Shown here piece after piece: positions 8,664 through 16,825 of a DNA stretch of 48,656 bases. Position 1 is the stretch's first letter. Each line of letters begins with the position of its first letter. Made by a program: the position numbers and the translations under genes. Below the pieces are notes generated by a model, which searched no databases, was not told the DNA's origin, and saw nothing but the letters and a program-made list of their open reading frames with translations. The stretch is taken from positions 1-48,656 of the IMG/VR virus record IMGVR_UViG_2534681762_000009, one strand, 5' to 3'. This stretch comes from a virus (taxonomy: Duplodnaviria; Heunggongvirae; Uroviricota; Caudoviricetes).

Positions 8664-8768
8664 GCCAAATTAACAATCGGAACTTCGTGAAGAGAAAGCA
8701 TAATCCAAATCTGAATAATTAAGTTCAGCACTGTAAATAAAATTTAATCCTTAACTGGAGGTATATCT

Positions 8769-8981
8769 ATGTCAAATACACAGAAAATTATTAACACTGA
8801 AAAATATAACGAGTGGGTGAAAAAATTCTCTGAACAGATTTTTAAAATTACTGGCGACGAGAATGTGGCAAAAAATGAATTAGAACCGTGGACACCTGAA
8901 GGAAACGCACCAAATTATTGCTGGTGGGAAGTTGATCCGGTTGATGCTGCAAATGAAGCCATGAGTTACCACAACGATTAA
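8769..8981 (+). CDS. Small hypothetical protein (nin-like region)
   Basis: 70-aa ORF with GGAGG RBS; followed by a GAAA-tetraloop hairpin (8992-9007). Confidence 0.55.
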   Translation: MSNTQKIINTEKYNEWVKKFSEQIFKITGDENVAKNELEPWTPEGNAPNYCWWEVDPVDAANEAMSYHND

Positions 8982-9013
8982 TGTCGGGAGGCCGCCCGAA
9001 AGGGCGGTAAGAA

Positions 9014-9232
9014 ATGACTACATTATTCAGAAAAGAATATCCGCAAAAAAGTAGAGCGACAGAATTTTTGTTTCTCATTCTGTTTATCGTATTGATGATA
9101 CCGATATCCCCTCTAATTTTTGTCTGGGCAATCGGGAAAATAATTGAGCCAGTTACTGAATTGTATACCGACGTTGTATGGGCGTCGTTCAACACACTGC
9201 ACAATAAAATTAATCCGTATAAGGAAAACTGA
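9014..9232 (+). CDS. Small predicted membrane protein
   Basis: 72-aa ORF with one long hydrophobic segment (FLFLILFIVLMIPISPLIFVWAIG). Confidence 0.4.
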   Translation: MTTLFRKEYPQKSRATEFLFLILFIVLMIPISPLIFVWAIGKIIEPVTELYTDVVWASFNTLHNKINPYKEN

Positions 9233-9233
9233 T

Positions 9234-9497
9234 ATGGCAACTTTGACAAAAAAAGAACGGGCATGGTTGAACGAATTACAGGAAGTTCTTGATCGCTGTC
9301 CATCACCGAAAAAAATTGGCTTTTACACCATTGGCGATAAAAGCATTTACCTGTATGACCTACGCCGCATGGATGAAATCATGGAGGCTCTTGATAATCG
9401 TTCGTCGATGGATTGGTGTGTTGCTGTTCATGATATGAATGCAGGGTTTGATGAAAAGATTTTGTTCCCCTCATCAGTTGAAAGCACTGCGGGTTAA
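9234..9497 (+). CDS. Small hypothetical protein
   Basis: 88-aa ORF from ATG with AAGGA RBS (MATLTKKERAWLNEL…). Confidence 0.5.
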   Translation: MATLTKKERAWLNELQEVLDRCPSPKKIGFYTIGDKSIYLYDLRRMDEIMEALDNRSSMDWCVAVHDMNAGFDEKILFPSSVESTAG

Positions 9498-9507
9498 GGA
9501 GTAACAC

Positions 9508-9675
9508 ATGACCACTATTACCAAAGAACGTATTGAATTGTTCATTAAAAACCCGCTTGAAAACGGGCTTACCCGTGGTGAACAAATGGAACTGGCACGG
9601 ATTGCGCTGGCATCGCTGGAAGCAGAGCCGGTTGTGTTCTGGTTTGAAAAATATCAAGAAGGGGCTACGGCATGA
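9508..9675 (+). CDS. Small hypothetical protein (55 aa), paralogous N-terminus to the next gene
   Basis: Not in supplied ORF track (<60 aa); AAGGAG RBS; [12 protein letters not shown]… ; stop overlaps next start (ATGA). Confidence 0.45.
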   Translation: MTTITKERIELFIKNPLENGLTRGEQMELARIALASLEAEPVVFWFEKYQEGATA

Positions 9676-10016
9676 CGACTTTTACCAGAGAGCAGTTAAT
9701 AGCTCACGCAGAGGAGACTATTGAAGCACAGAGACTGTGCATACCGGGCACAATCGACCATGACATCATCCGCACATATAAGATGGATATTGCTGTTCTG
9801 GAAATCGCACTGGTATCGCTGGCAGCAGAGCCAGCCGGTAAATTGCATGAATACAAACCAGTGGGATATCAGCGTCTGGTCGATGAGTTAACCATGCTGG
9901 TAAAGCAGTTAACCTGGCAACTGAGGAAAGCGAAGCCAGACTGCAAATTACCGGATAAGGCGATGAGTTATCTGGAGCGGAACGGACTGATAAGCGTGGA
10001 GGATATTTTACGATGA
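9672..10016 (+). CDS. Small hypothetical protein (114 aa)
   Basis: [15 protein letters not shown]… shares N-terminal pattern and IAL(A/V)SL(E/A)AEP segment with preceding ORF; ATGA-coupled to neighbours. Confidence 0.55.
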   Translation: MTTFTREQLIAHAEETIEAQRLCIPGTIDHDIIRTYKMDIAVLEIALVSLAAEPAGKLHEYKPVGYQRLVDELTMLVKQLTWQLRKAKPDCKLPDKAMSYLERNGLISVEDILR

Positions 10017-10096
10017 CCTGGCCTGAAGCATTAACAACGGTAGGAATTGCGATGGCGGTGGCGCTGGTGGTGTATTCGATTTGCCGCTGGGGATAA
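10013..10096 (+). CDS. Possible 27-aa membrane micro-protein
   Basis: [27 protein letters not shown]; ATGA-coupled to upstream gene; speculative. Confidence 0.3.
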   Translation: MTWPEALTTVGIAMAVALVVYSICRWG

Positions 10097-10307
10097 AAAC
10101 GGTTTGCGGGAAAAGGAGAGTTAAGTAGAATTGCAGCGGGTGCTTGAGGCTATCTGTCTCAGGCATGAACACCAAAAGGCAGATAGAGAAAAGCCCCAGT
10201 TAACATTACGCGTCCGGCAAGACGCTTAACATTAATCTGAGGCCATATCTATGCTCTACACACGTAGGTTAGCCTCTTACGTGCCGAAAGGCAAGGAGAA
10301 GCAGGCT

Positions 10308-10463
10308 ATGAAGCAGCAAAAGGCGATGCTAATCGCCCTGATCGTCATCTGTTTAACCGTCATTGTGACGGCACTGGTAACGAGGAAAGACCTCTGCGAG
10401 GTACGAATCCGAACCGGCCAGACGGAGGTCGCTGTCTTCACAGCTTACGAACCTGAGGAGTAA
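10308..10463 (+). CDS. hok: Hok/Gef family type I toxin (small membrane toxin)
   Basis: MKQQKAMLIALIVICLTVIVTALVTRKDLCEVRIRTGQTEVAVFTAYEPEE: canonical Hok family sequence (TM helix + conserved C-terminal CEV/R…EVAAF-like motif); in-frame upstream extension from 10251 resembles a mok-like leader ORF. Confidence 0.8.
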   Translation: MKQQKAMLIALIVICLTVIVTALVTRKDLCEVRIRTGQTEVAVFTAYEPEE

Positions 10464-10532
10464 GAGACCTGGCGGGGGAGAAATCCCTCGCCACCTCTGA
10501 TGTGTCAGGCATCCTCAACGCACCCGCACTTA

Positions 10533-10560
10533 ACCCGCTTCGGCGGGTTTTGTTCTTTTT
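10533..10560 (+). terminator. Rho-independent terminator (copy 1 of AACCCGCTTCGGCGGGTTTTGTT)
   Basis: CCCGC-TTCG-GCGGG stem-loop followed by TTTTGTTCTTTTT. Confidence 0.6.
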
Positions 10561-10707
10561 GTGAAAAAAATTCCCTTAAAGGAGATTTTTTTAACTAAAA
10601 AGGTTTACTTTGCTTTCGTATATGGTAAATTTTAGGAATTAGAATTTAAGCGCCCATCAGGCTTGCGTTAGGCAAGTCTGCTAAATCAACAAATTGAGGA
10701 TAAAATC

Positions 10708-11067
10708 ATGGCACTCACTGAATTCGGTAAGGCCGTTAGAAAAGCGAGGATCGATACTGACAGTACTCTTCTGACTATGTCTCAAGAACTGGGCACTACG
10801 CCAGCGTTTCTTAGCGGTTTAGAAACTGGTAGCAAAAAAATACCTCTGAAGTGGGTTAAGAAGATTGATTCTTACTTCAAGGCCAAAGGTGTAGAAATTG
10901 AAGGGTTACAGGAGTTAGCGGCAGTTGCGAATGACTCAGTTCCAGTAAACGGTTTGTCTCAGCAACAGAAAATGCTTGTAGCGGGATTCGCTAAGTCGCA
11001 GTTTACGCCGGAACAGCTAAAGAGTTTTGCAGATTTATTGCAAAAGATTAATAACAATGAGGGGTAA
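10708..11067 (+). CDS. XRE-family HTH transcriptional regulator
   Basis: 119-aa ORF, GAGGA RBS; N-terminal HTH (LTMSQELGTTPAFLSGLETG); directly upstream of and nearly abutting a metallopeptidase gene. Confidence 0.8.
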   Translation: MALTEFGKAVRKARIDTDSTLLTMSQELGTTPAFLSGLETGSKKIPLKWVKKIDSYFKAKGVEIEGLQELAAVANDSVPVNGLSQQQKMLVAGFAKSQFTPEQLKSFADLLQKINNNEG

Positions 11068-11069
11068 TT

Positions 11070-11546
11070 ATGTATCAAATGAGAGGTAACAGGGTGTCAC
11101 CGATGCAAGAAGAAGAAATAGCCTACAGAGCTATAAACTTCTGTAATGCTATTGGTCTTACAGCCTCAAAGCGCAAAAGAAAGCGTTATGATATGTTCTT
11201 TGAAAGCCTGTCAATTTATGGGGTTACTCTTGACGTCAGGACCGACAAAGAGTGGGAGGCTCTGACGTATGATCTAACTATCGGACATTGTGACCCCGCT
11301 TCTCTAACAATTACGGTTCCCAATAAAATATATGTGAATGCTTGCCTTGGGGAAGAGCATGCACTTGCTGTTATCTTCCACGAGCTAGGTCATTTGCTTC
11401 TTGGACACAAAGCAGTTTTACACTTTTCAGTTAAAGAACCTACTCGTATTGAGGATGCAGAATGGCAGGCAGATACATTTGCGGATATCGTACTGGAAAC
11501 AATTGGCGTGAGAACACAACAGATGTCGTTCGATTTTTATATGTAA
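11070..11546 (+). CDS. ImmA/IrrE-family (COG2856-like) zinc metallopeptidase
   Basis: 158-aa ORF with HEXXH motif (IFHELGHLLLGH); 2-nt gap from XRE gene; GAGGGG RBS. Confidence 0.8.
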   Translation: MYQMRGNRVSPMQEEEIAYRAINFCNAIGLTASKRKRKRYDMFFESLSIYGVTLDVRTDKEWEALTYDLTIGHCDPASLTITVPNKIYVNACLGEEHALAVIFHELGHLLLGHKAVLHFSVKEPTRIEDAEWQADTFADIVLETIGVRTQQMSFDFYM

Positions 11547-11571
11547 AAGCCCTGCGCTAACAGGGCTTTTA
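11546..11571 (+). terminator. Rho-independent terminator
   Basis: AAAGCCCTG-cgctaa-CAGGGCTTTT immediately after the peptidase stop. Confidence 0.6.
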
Positions 11572-11713
11572 GGGACGGAAAGTGCGCTAACACATTCCGT
11601 AGTGTATGGAGATAATCCAATCACAACACTTTTTGTAGACAAGCGAAGTGTAGTGGTTCTCCCAACAAAGTGCAACCTGTGTGGATTCACAGGTGAGCAG
11701 GGAAAACGAAATC

Positions 11714-11863
11714 ATGGCAATGGGTACCTGTCGCAAATGTGGCTGTCCATGTGAGATCATTTTTCGCTACTCTGTGTGTGTAGATGGTGTAATGCGCCAC
11801 GCGAAAAAAGGGAAGCCTTTCCCGATCCCACTTTGCAGTTGTAGTGGCAAGCACGCAGCTTGA
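11714..11863 (+). CDS. Small cysteine-rich protein (49 aa; zinc-ribbon-like)
   Basis: MAMGTCRKCGCPCEIIFRYSVCVDGVMRHAKKGKPFPIPLCSCSGKHAA; 8 Cys in 49 aa; weak RBS. Confidence 0.4.
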   Translation: MAMGTCRKCGCPCEIIFRYSVCVDGVMRHAKKGKPFPIPLCSCSGKHAA

Positions 11864-11879
11864 TATTCAGTACTGACAA

Positions 11880-11908
11880 AACCCGCTTCGGCGGGTTTTG
11901 TTTTTTCT
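11880..11908 (+). terminator. Rho-independent terminator (copy 2 of AACCCGCTTCGGCGGGTTTTGTT)
   Basis: Same 23-bp stem-loop as at 10533, followed by TTTTTTC. Confidence 0.6.
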
Positions 11909-11978
11909 TGGCATTCAGGTTTACAATTCGCACGTCAGCCTGAACAACTGGCACCTGCTGCGCCAGCAGAGAAAGACG

Positions 11979-12257
11979 ATGGCGCACAATACCAAATCAC
12001 ACAATTCTGATAATTCAGCTGTCTTTGCCAGCAGGCACGGGCGGCGTTCCCGCACATTCAAATCTGATTGGTACCAGCATCCCCCATGTACTGAAGAACA
12101 AGCTGAATGGCTAATTCAGTGCTACCGCAGACACGGATACGAGATTAAGAAAGCCCTCAGCCTCGATTATCGTCACTGGATAATCTCCGTCAGGCTTCCT
12201 TACTCTGAACGCCCACCGCGTCCGTCCCGCACATTCCAGCAACGCATCTGGAGGTAA
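11979..12257 (+). CDS. Hypothetical protein (Rem-like position)
   Basis: 92-aa ORF from ATG (MAHNTKSHN…); stop abuts next gene start. Confidence 0.45.
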   Translation: MAHNTKSHNSDNSAVFASRHGRRSRTFKSDWYQHPPCTEEQAEWLIQCYRRHGYEIKKALSLDYRHWIISVRLPYSERPPRPSRTFQQRIWR

Positions 12258-12258
12258 C

Positions 12259-13305
12259 GTGCGGGTATTACTTCGACCTGTTCTGGTACCGGAACTCGGG
12301 CTGGTGATCGTTAAGCCGGGCCGTGAATCCATGCCGGTATTCCACAATACCCGGGTACTGGTGGAGCCGGAACCGAAAAGCATGCGTAATCTGTCGTCCG
12401 GGGTCGTTCCTGCCGTTCGCCAGCCGCTGGCGGAGGATAAATCATTACTGCCATTTTTCAGCGACGAACGAGTGATTCGTGCTGCTGGTGGCGCTGGCGC
12501 ATTGTCTGACTGGTTACTGCGCCATGTTAAATCCTGCCAGTGGCCACACGGCGATTATCACCACAGTGAAACCGTCATTCACCGTTATGGTACCGGCGCA
12601 ATGGTGTTGTGCTGGCACTGCGACAACCAGCTGCGCGACCAGACCTCCGAATCACTCGGGCAACTTGCTCACCAAAACCTGTCTGCATGGATGATTGACG
12701 TCATACGCCATGCAATGAATGGCTCGCAGGAACGGGAATTATCGCTGGCTGAATTATCCTGGTGGGCGGTCCGCAATCAGGTGGCGGACGCGCTACCGGA
12801 AGCGGTATTACGTCGTTCGCTGGGGTTGCGTGCGGAAAAAATCCGCTCAATGTACCGTGAAAGCGACATCGTACCGGGAGAGCAGACCGCCACCAGCATA
12901 CTGAAGCAGCGCACAAAAAATCTTGCGCCGCTGCCTCACGCCCACCAGCAAAACCCGCCACAGGAAGAGACGGTGGTCAGCATTGCCGTTGATCCTGAGT
13001 CTCCGGAATCTTTCATGAAACGACCTAAACGTCGCCGCTGGGTTAACGAGAAATACACACGCTGGGTGAAGACACAGCCGTGTGCGTGTTGTGGTAAGCC
13101 AGCCGACGATCCCCATCACCTGATTGGTCATGGTCAGGGCGGAATGGGGACAAAATCTCACGATATTTTCACGCTACCGCTGTGTCGGGAGCATCACAAC
13201 GAGCTTCATGCGGATCCTCTGGCGTTCGAAGAAAAGCATGGTTCTCAGGTTGATTTAATTTTTCGTTTTCTTGATCACGCCTTTGCAACTGGCGTGCTTG
13301 GGTAA
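12259..13305 (+). CDS. DUF968/YdfU-like protein with C-terminal HNH-like Cys/His motif
   Basis: 348-aa ORF, GTG start with GGAGG RBS; C-terminus CACCGKPADDPHHLIGHGQGGMGTKSHDIFTLPLCREHHNELH resembles HNH/zinc-binding nuclease motifs. Confidence 0.6.
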   Translation: MRVLLRPVLVPELGLVIVKPGRESMPVFHNTRVLVEPEPKSMRNLSSGVVPAVRQPLAEDKSLLPFFSDERVIRAAGGAGALSDWLLRHVKSCQWPHGDYHHSETVIHRYGTGAMVLCWHCDNQLRDQTSESLGQLAHQNLSAWMIDVIRHAMNGSQERELSLAELSWWAVRNQVADALPEAVLRRSLGLRAEKIRSMYRESDIVPGEQTATSILKQRTKNLAPLPHAHQQNPPQEETVVSIAVDPESPESFMKRPKRRRWVNEKYTRWVKTQPCACCGKPADDPHHLIGHGQGGMGTKSHDIFTLPLCREHHNELHADPLAFEEKHGSQVDLIFRFLDHAFATGVLG

Positions 13306-13317
13306 AAGAGGTGACTG

Positions 13318-13692
13318 ATGCTCATAGATTTGGTTTTACCTTACCCGCCGACGGTGAACACTTACTGGCGACGCCGTGGCAGCACATATTTTATCTCGGA
13401 GGAGGGAAAGCGTTATCGCCGGGCTGTGGCGCTTATTGTTCGCCAGCAGCGGCTGAAATTAAGCCTGTCCGGAAGGCTGGCGATAAAGGTGATTGCAGAG
13501 CCACCGGATAAGCGTCGTCGCGACCTGGACAATATTCTGAAAGCACCACTGGATGCGCTGACGCATGCCGGACTTCTCATAGACGACGAGCAGTTTGATG
13601 AAATCAATATTGTGCGCGGTCAGCGCGTTCCTGGGGGGCGGCTGGGCGTGAAGATTTACCCCATAATGCTTGAAGGGCAGGTCAAAAAATGA
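13318..13692 (+). CDS. rusA: RusA-family Holliday junction resolvase
   Basis: 124-aa ORF MLIDLVLPYPPTVNTYW…RRRDLDNILKAPLDALTHAGLLIDDEQ: canonical RusA motifs (PPSVN-like, D-x-DN catalytic acidic residues); AAGAGG RBS. Confidence 0.8.
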   Translation: MLIDLVLPYPPTVNTYWRRRGSTYFISEEGKRYRRAVALIVRQQRLKLSLSGRLAIKVIAEPPDKRRRDLDNILKAPLDALTHAGLLIDDEQFDEINIVRGQRVPGGRLGVKIYPIMLEGQVKK

Positions 13693-14510
13693 AACTGGAA
13701 GATTTACCGAAATACTACTCCCCAAAATCCCCCGGCCTGACTGATGCATCGGCCTCAACGTCGAAAGATGCGCTGAGTATCACTGATGTGATGGCCGCGC
13801 AGGGCATGACACAGAATCGGGCTGAGATGGGGTTTTCTGCGTTCCTTGGGAAAATGGGCATTAGTATGAATGACAGAGAGCGGGCAACAGAATTGCTGAC
13901 AGAATATGCACTCAGTCGGTGTGATCGCGTGGCGGCGTTAAGAAAACTCCCGGCAGAAATAAAACCGGCAGTGATGCGTATTATGGCTTCGTATGCGTTT
14001 GAAGATTATGCCCGCAGCGCGGCGAGCAAAAAACAGTGCTCCTGCTGTCACGGAAAAAAATTTATTGAAAGCGAGGTTTTTACAAACAAGATCCAGTATC
14101 CGGATGGTAAGCCGCCGGTATGGGCAAAGTGTACGAAAGGTGTGTATCCGTCTTACTGGGAAGAATGGAAAAAAGTCAGGGAGGTGGTAAAAGTTGCCTG
14201 TCCGGAGTGTGGCGGAAAGGGTGAGGTTTCCACCGCCTGTAAGGATTGCCGTGGGCGTGGTGTCGCCATTCATCGTGAAGAGTCGGTAAAACGTGGTATG
14301 CCTGTTATCAGAGACTGCCAGCGTTGTGGTGGTCGTGGCTGTGAAAGACTACCATCAACGGAGGCATTTAATGCCATATGCAAAGTGACGAGTGCTATCA
14401 CGCTTGATACGTGGAAAAAATCAGTGAAACGCTTTTACGATACGTTGGTGGTTCGGTTTGACATTGAAGAGGCATGGGCGGAGCGGCAGTTAAAGAGGGT
14501 AACGCGATAG
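13689..14510 (+). CDS. Late-gene antiterminator Q-like protein with CxxC-x-G-x-G zinc-finger repeats
   Basis: 273-aa ORF in the Q position (after rusA, before a short terminated transcript and the lysis/structural genes); repeated CxxCxGxG motifs (CPECGGKGE…CKDCRGRGV…CQRCGGRGC). Confidence 0.55.
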   Translation: MKLEDLPKYYSPKSPGLTDASASTSKDALSITDVMAAQGMTQNRAEMGFSAFLGKMGISMNDRERATELLTEYALSRCDRVAALRKLPAEIKPAVMRIMASYAFEDYARSAASKKQCSCCHGKKFIESEVFTNKIQYPDGKPPVWAKCTKGVYPSYWEEWKKVREVVKVACPECGGKGEVSTACKDCRGRGVAIHREESVKRGMPVIRDCQRCGGRGCERLPSTEAFNAICKVTSAITLDTWKKSVKRFYDTLVVRFDIEEAWAERQLKRVTR

Positions 14511-14591
14511 TGTTGTTGATTTTTCCCGAATCTGTGGTAAATTTGCTCTAACGATGGGCGTTTTATGCCTGACGTTAGAAGATTTTTTACA

Positions 14592-14615
14592 CCCCGCCGC
14601 CTGGCGGGTTTTTTA
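14592..14615 (+). terminator. Rho-independent terminator downstream of Q (tR'-like)
   Basis: CCCGCC-gcct-GGCGGG followed by TTTTTTAT, ~80 nt after Q stop. Confidence 0.5.
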
Positions 14616-14736
14616 TGACTGAAATCGCGTCAGTATAGTAAACGCGCTGGTGGCGGTGAATACCTGTCTTTCAGCTTGCTGGCTTTTTCGACAAGAGTTA
14701 TTGGTGTGTCACGTTAACCGGAAAAGGGAAAAAGAC

Positions 14737-14934
14737 ATGCTAAAACAGCAGGATATGACAGAAACCGCCAGAGTGGTGTTTAATGAATTAAGCGTTACCG
14801 AACCGGCGACAGTCGGGGAGATAGCGCAGAATACTTACCTTTCACGCGAACGCTGCCAGTTAATACTGACCCAGCTGGTTATGGCGGATCTGGCAGACTA
14901 TCAGTTCGGTTGTTACAGACGCCTTCCGCAGTGA
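14737..14934 (+). CDS. Small hypothetical protein (possible winged-helix)
   Basis: 65-aa ORF from ATG (MLKQQDMTETARVVFNELSV…) with GGGAAAAAG RBS-like; stop lies within a terminator hairpin. Confidence 0.4.
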   Translation: MLKQQDMTETARVVFNELSVTEPATVGEIAQNTYLSRERCQLILTQLVMADLADYQFGCYRRLPQ

Positions 14935-14948
14935 AGGCTTTTTTATTT
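14921..14948 (+). terminator. Rho-independent terminator
   Basis: GCCTTC-cgcagt-GAAGGC followed by TTTTTTATTT. Confidence 0.5.
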
Positions 14949-15084
14949 GTGGTAAATGGGCGGCTGGTGGGTGTTAGGGGCACCCACCAGCCATCTGCTC
15001 ATGCGTTGGGTTCACAAGCAAACCTCAGGCCCACTGCTTTGCGCAAAAGCAGAATGAGCCTATCAGAGACAGGCTTAATGATCC

Positions 15085-16134
15085 ATGCTTAATACTGTAA
15101 AAATATCCAGTTGTGAGTTAATCAACGCCGACTGCCTGGAATTTATCCGGTCGTTACCCGAAAATTCTGTTGACCTGATAGTCACGGACCCGCCGTACTT
15201 TAAAGTGAAGCCTGAGGGCTGGGATAACCAGTGGAAGGGCGACGATGATTACCTGAAGTGGCTGGACCAGTGTCTGGCGCAGTTCTGGCGGGTGCTGAAA
15301 CCTGCCGGAAGTCTTTACCTGTTCTGTGGTCATCGCCTGGCATCTGATATCGAAATCATGATGCGTGAACGCTTCAGTGTGCTGAACCATATTATCTGGG
15401 CGAAGCCGTCCGGACGCTGGAACGGATGCAACAAGGAAAGCCTGCGGGCGTATTTCCCCGCCACAGAGCGCATTCTGTTCGCGGAACATTATCAGGGGCC
15501 GTATCGTCCGAAAGATGCCGGGTATGCGGCGAAGGGCAGTGCACTGAAACAGCATGTGATGGCCCCGCTGATTTCTTACTTTCGTGATGCGCGCGCGGCC
15601 CTGGGGATAACGGCAAAACAGATTGCAGATGCCACAGGAAAGAAAAACATGGTGTCGCACTGGTTCAGTGCCAGTCAGTGGCAGCTACCGAACGAAAGCG
15701 ATTATCTGAAATTACAGTCGCTGTTTGCCCGGGTGGCAGAAGAGAAACATCAGCGCGGTGAACTGGAAAAGCCCCACCACCAGCTGGTGGATACGTATAC
15801 GTCACTGAACCGGCAGTATGTGGAGCTGCAGAGTGAATATAAGCATCTGCGGCGGTATTTTGGTGTGACGGCGCAGGTGCCGTACACGGATGTGTGGACA
15901 CATAAACCGGTGCAGTTCTATCCCGGGAAACATCCGTGCGAAAAACCGGCAGAAATGCTGCAGCAGATAATCAGCGCAAGCAGTCGTCCGGGTGACCTGG
16001 TTGCAGATTTTTTTATGGGCTCAGGTTCAACGGTAAAAGCGGCACTGGCGCTCGGGCGTCGTGCGATTGGCGTTGAGCTGGAGACCGGACGTTTTGAGCA
16101 GACAGTCAGGGAAGTTCAGGATTTAATCGTTTGA
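15085..16134 (+). CDS. Orphan DNA methyltransferase (N6-adenine/N4-cytosine class, DPPY motif)
   Basis: 349-aa ORF with catalytic DPPY (VTDPPYF) and C-terminal SAM-binding (FFMGSGST) motifs; no adjacent restriction endonuclease gene. Confidence 0.8.
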   Translation: MLNTVKISSCELINADCLEFIRSLPENSVDLIVTDPPYFKVKPEGWDNQWKGDDDYLKWLDQCLAQFWRVLKPAGSLYLFCGHRLASDIEIMMRERFSVLNHIIWAKPSGRWNGCNKESLRAYFPATERILFAEHYQGPYRPKDAGYAAKGSALKQHVMAPLISYFRDARAALGITAKQIADATGKKNMVSHWFSASQWQLPNESDYLKLQSLFARVAEEKHQRGELEKPHHQLVDTYTSLNRQYVELQSEYKHLRRYFGVTAQVPYTDVWTHKPVQFYPGKHPCEKPAEMLQQIISASSRPGDLVADFFMGSGSTVKAALALGRRAIGVELETGRFEQTVREVQDLIV

Positions 16135-16183
16135 AATGGATGAGATTGCAGAATTAATTACGCACCATTATTATTCTGCTCCC

Positions 16184-16259
16184 GGCCCTTTAGCTCAGTG
16201 GTGAGAGCGAGCGACTCATAATCGCCAGGTCGCTGGTTCAAATCCAGCAAGGGCCACCA
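16184..16259 (+). tRNA. tRNA with CAU anticodon (Ile2/lysidine-type, ileZ-like; could also be read as Met)
   Basis: Folded by hand: acceptor GGCCCTT/AAGGGCC, D-arm GCTC…GAGC, anticodon loop CTCATAA, T-arm GGTCGCTGGTTCAAATCCAGC, 3' ACCA; close to E. coli ileX-type sequence. Confidence 0.8.
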
Positions 16260-16268
16260 TATCACATA

Positions 16269-16345
16269 CCACCATTAGCTCATCGGGATAGAGCGCCAGC
16301 CTTCGAAGCTGGTTGCGCGGGGTTCGAGTTCTCGATGGCGGTCCA
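16269..16345 (+). tRNA. tRNA-Arg (anticodon UCG)
   Basis: Folded by hand: acceptor CCACCAT/ATGGCGG (one A-C mismatch), D-arm GCTC…GAGC, anticodon stem CCAGC/GCTGG with loop CTTCGAA, T-loop TTCGAGT, 3' TCCA. Confidence 0.7.
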
Positions 16346-16359
16346 TTTATCGGTATTCT

Positions 16360-16405
16360 GCGTTGTTAGCTCAGCCGGACAGAGCAATTGCCTTCTAAGC
16401 AGCTG
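16360..16405 (+). pseudogene. Truncated tRNA-Arg(UCU)-like remnant (5' half only)
   Basis: GCGTTGT-TA-GCTCAGCCGGACAGAGC-A-ATTGC-CTTCTAA-GCAGC matches tRNA 5' half and anticodon arm, but no canonical T-arm or complementary acceptor 3' strand downstream. Confidence 0.35.
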
Positions 16406-16769
16406 TGGTTGCACTCCTGTTGTTTCTGGTGGTGATGGTGGACTTCAGCAGCCGGATAATGTCGGTGCTGTCTGATGGTGTTTTGGTGGCGGGTGTGTGG
16501 TTGTTGCTTTCCCGTTGCTGAAAAAGAAAGCATCAGGCGATTAGCAGGGTATCAGTTACACGTTGAAATTTTTAAATACCTCACAATTCCACAGCTTGAT
16601 GATTGTCTGGCTGCCGGAGAATTTGTTAAAAATTACATCGCATGGTGAATCCCCCTGTGCGGAGGGGTAATCAGCGAGTAGGTATATGGGATAATCGCGG
16701 ATTCAGGTGCTGGTACTGAATTCACCGGGAGGCACCCGGCACCATGCAATGGCACATAGCGCCACTCTC

Positions 16770-16800
16770 CAGCCCCTCTCCGGAGGGGCTGTTTATATTG
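16770..16800 (+). terminator. Rho-independent terminator
   Basis: CAGCCCCTC-tccg-GAGGGGCTG followed by TTTATATTGATTTTG. Confidence 0.5.
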
Positions 16801-16825
16801 ATTTTGTCAGATGTGAGTAAACTCC

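Noticed and set aside
15154-15901. Minus-strand ORFs within the DNA methyltransferase gene
   Set aside because: Antisense to a gene with clear DPPY methyltransferase motifs
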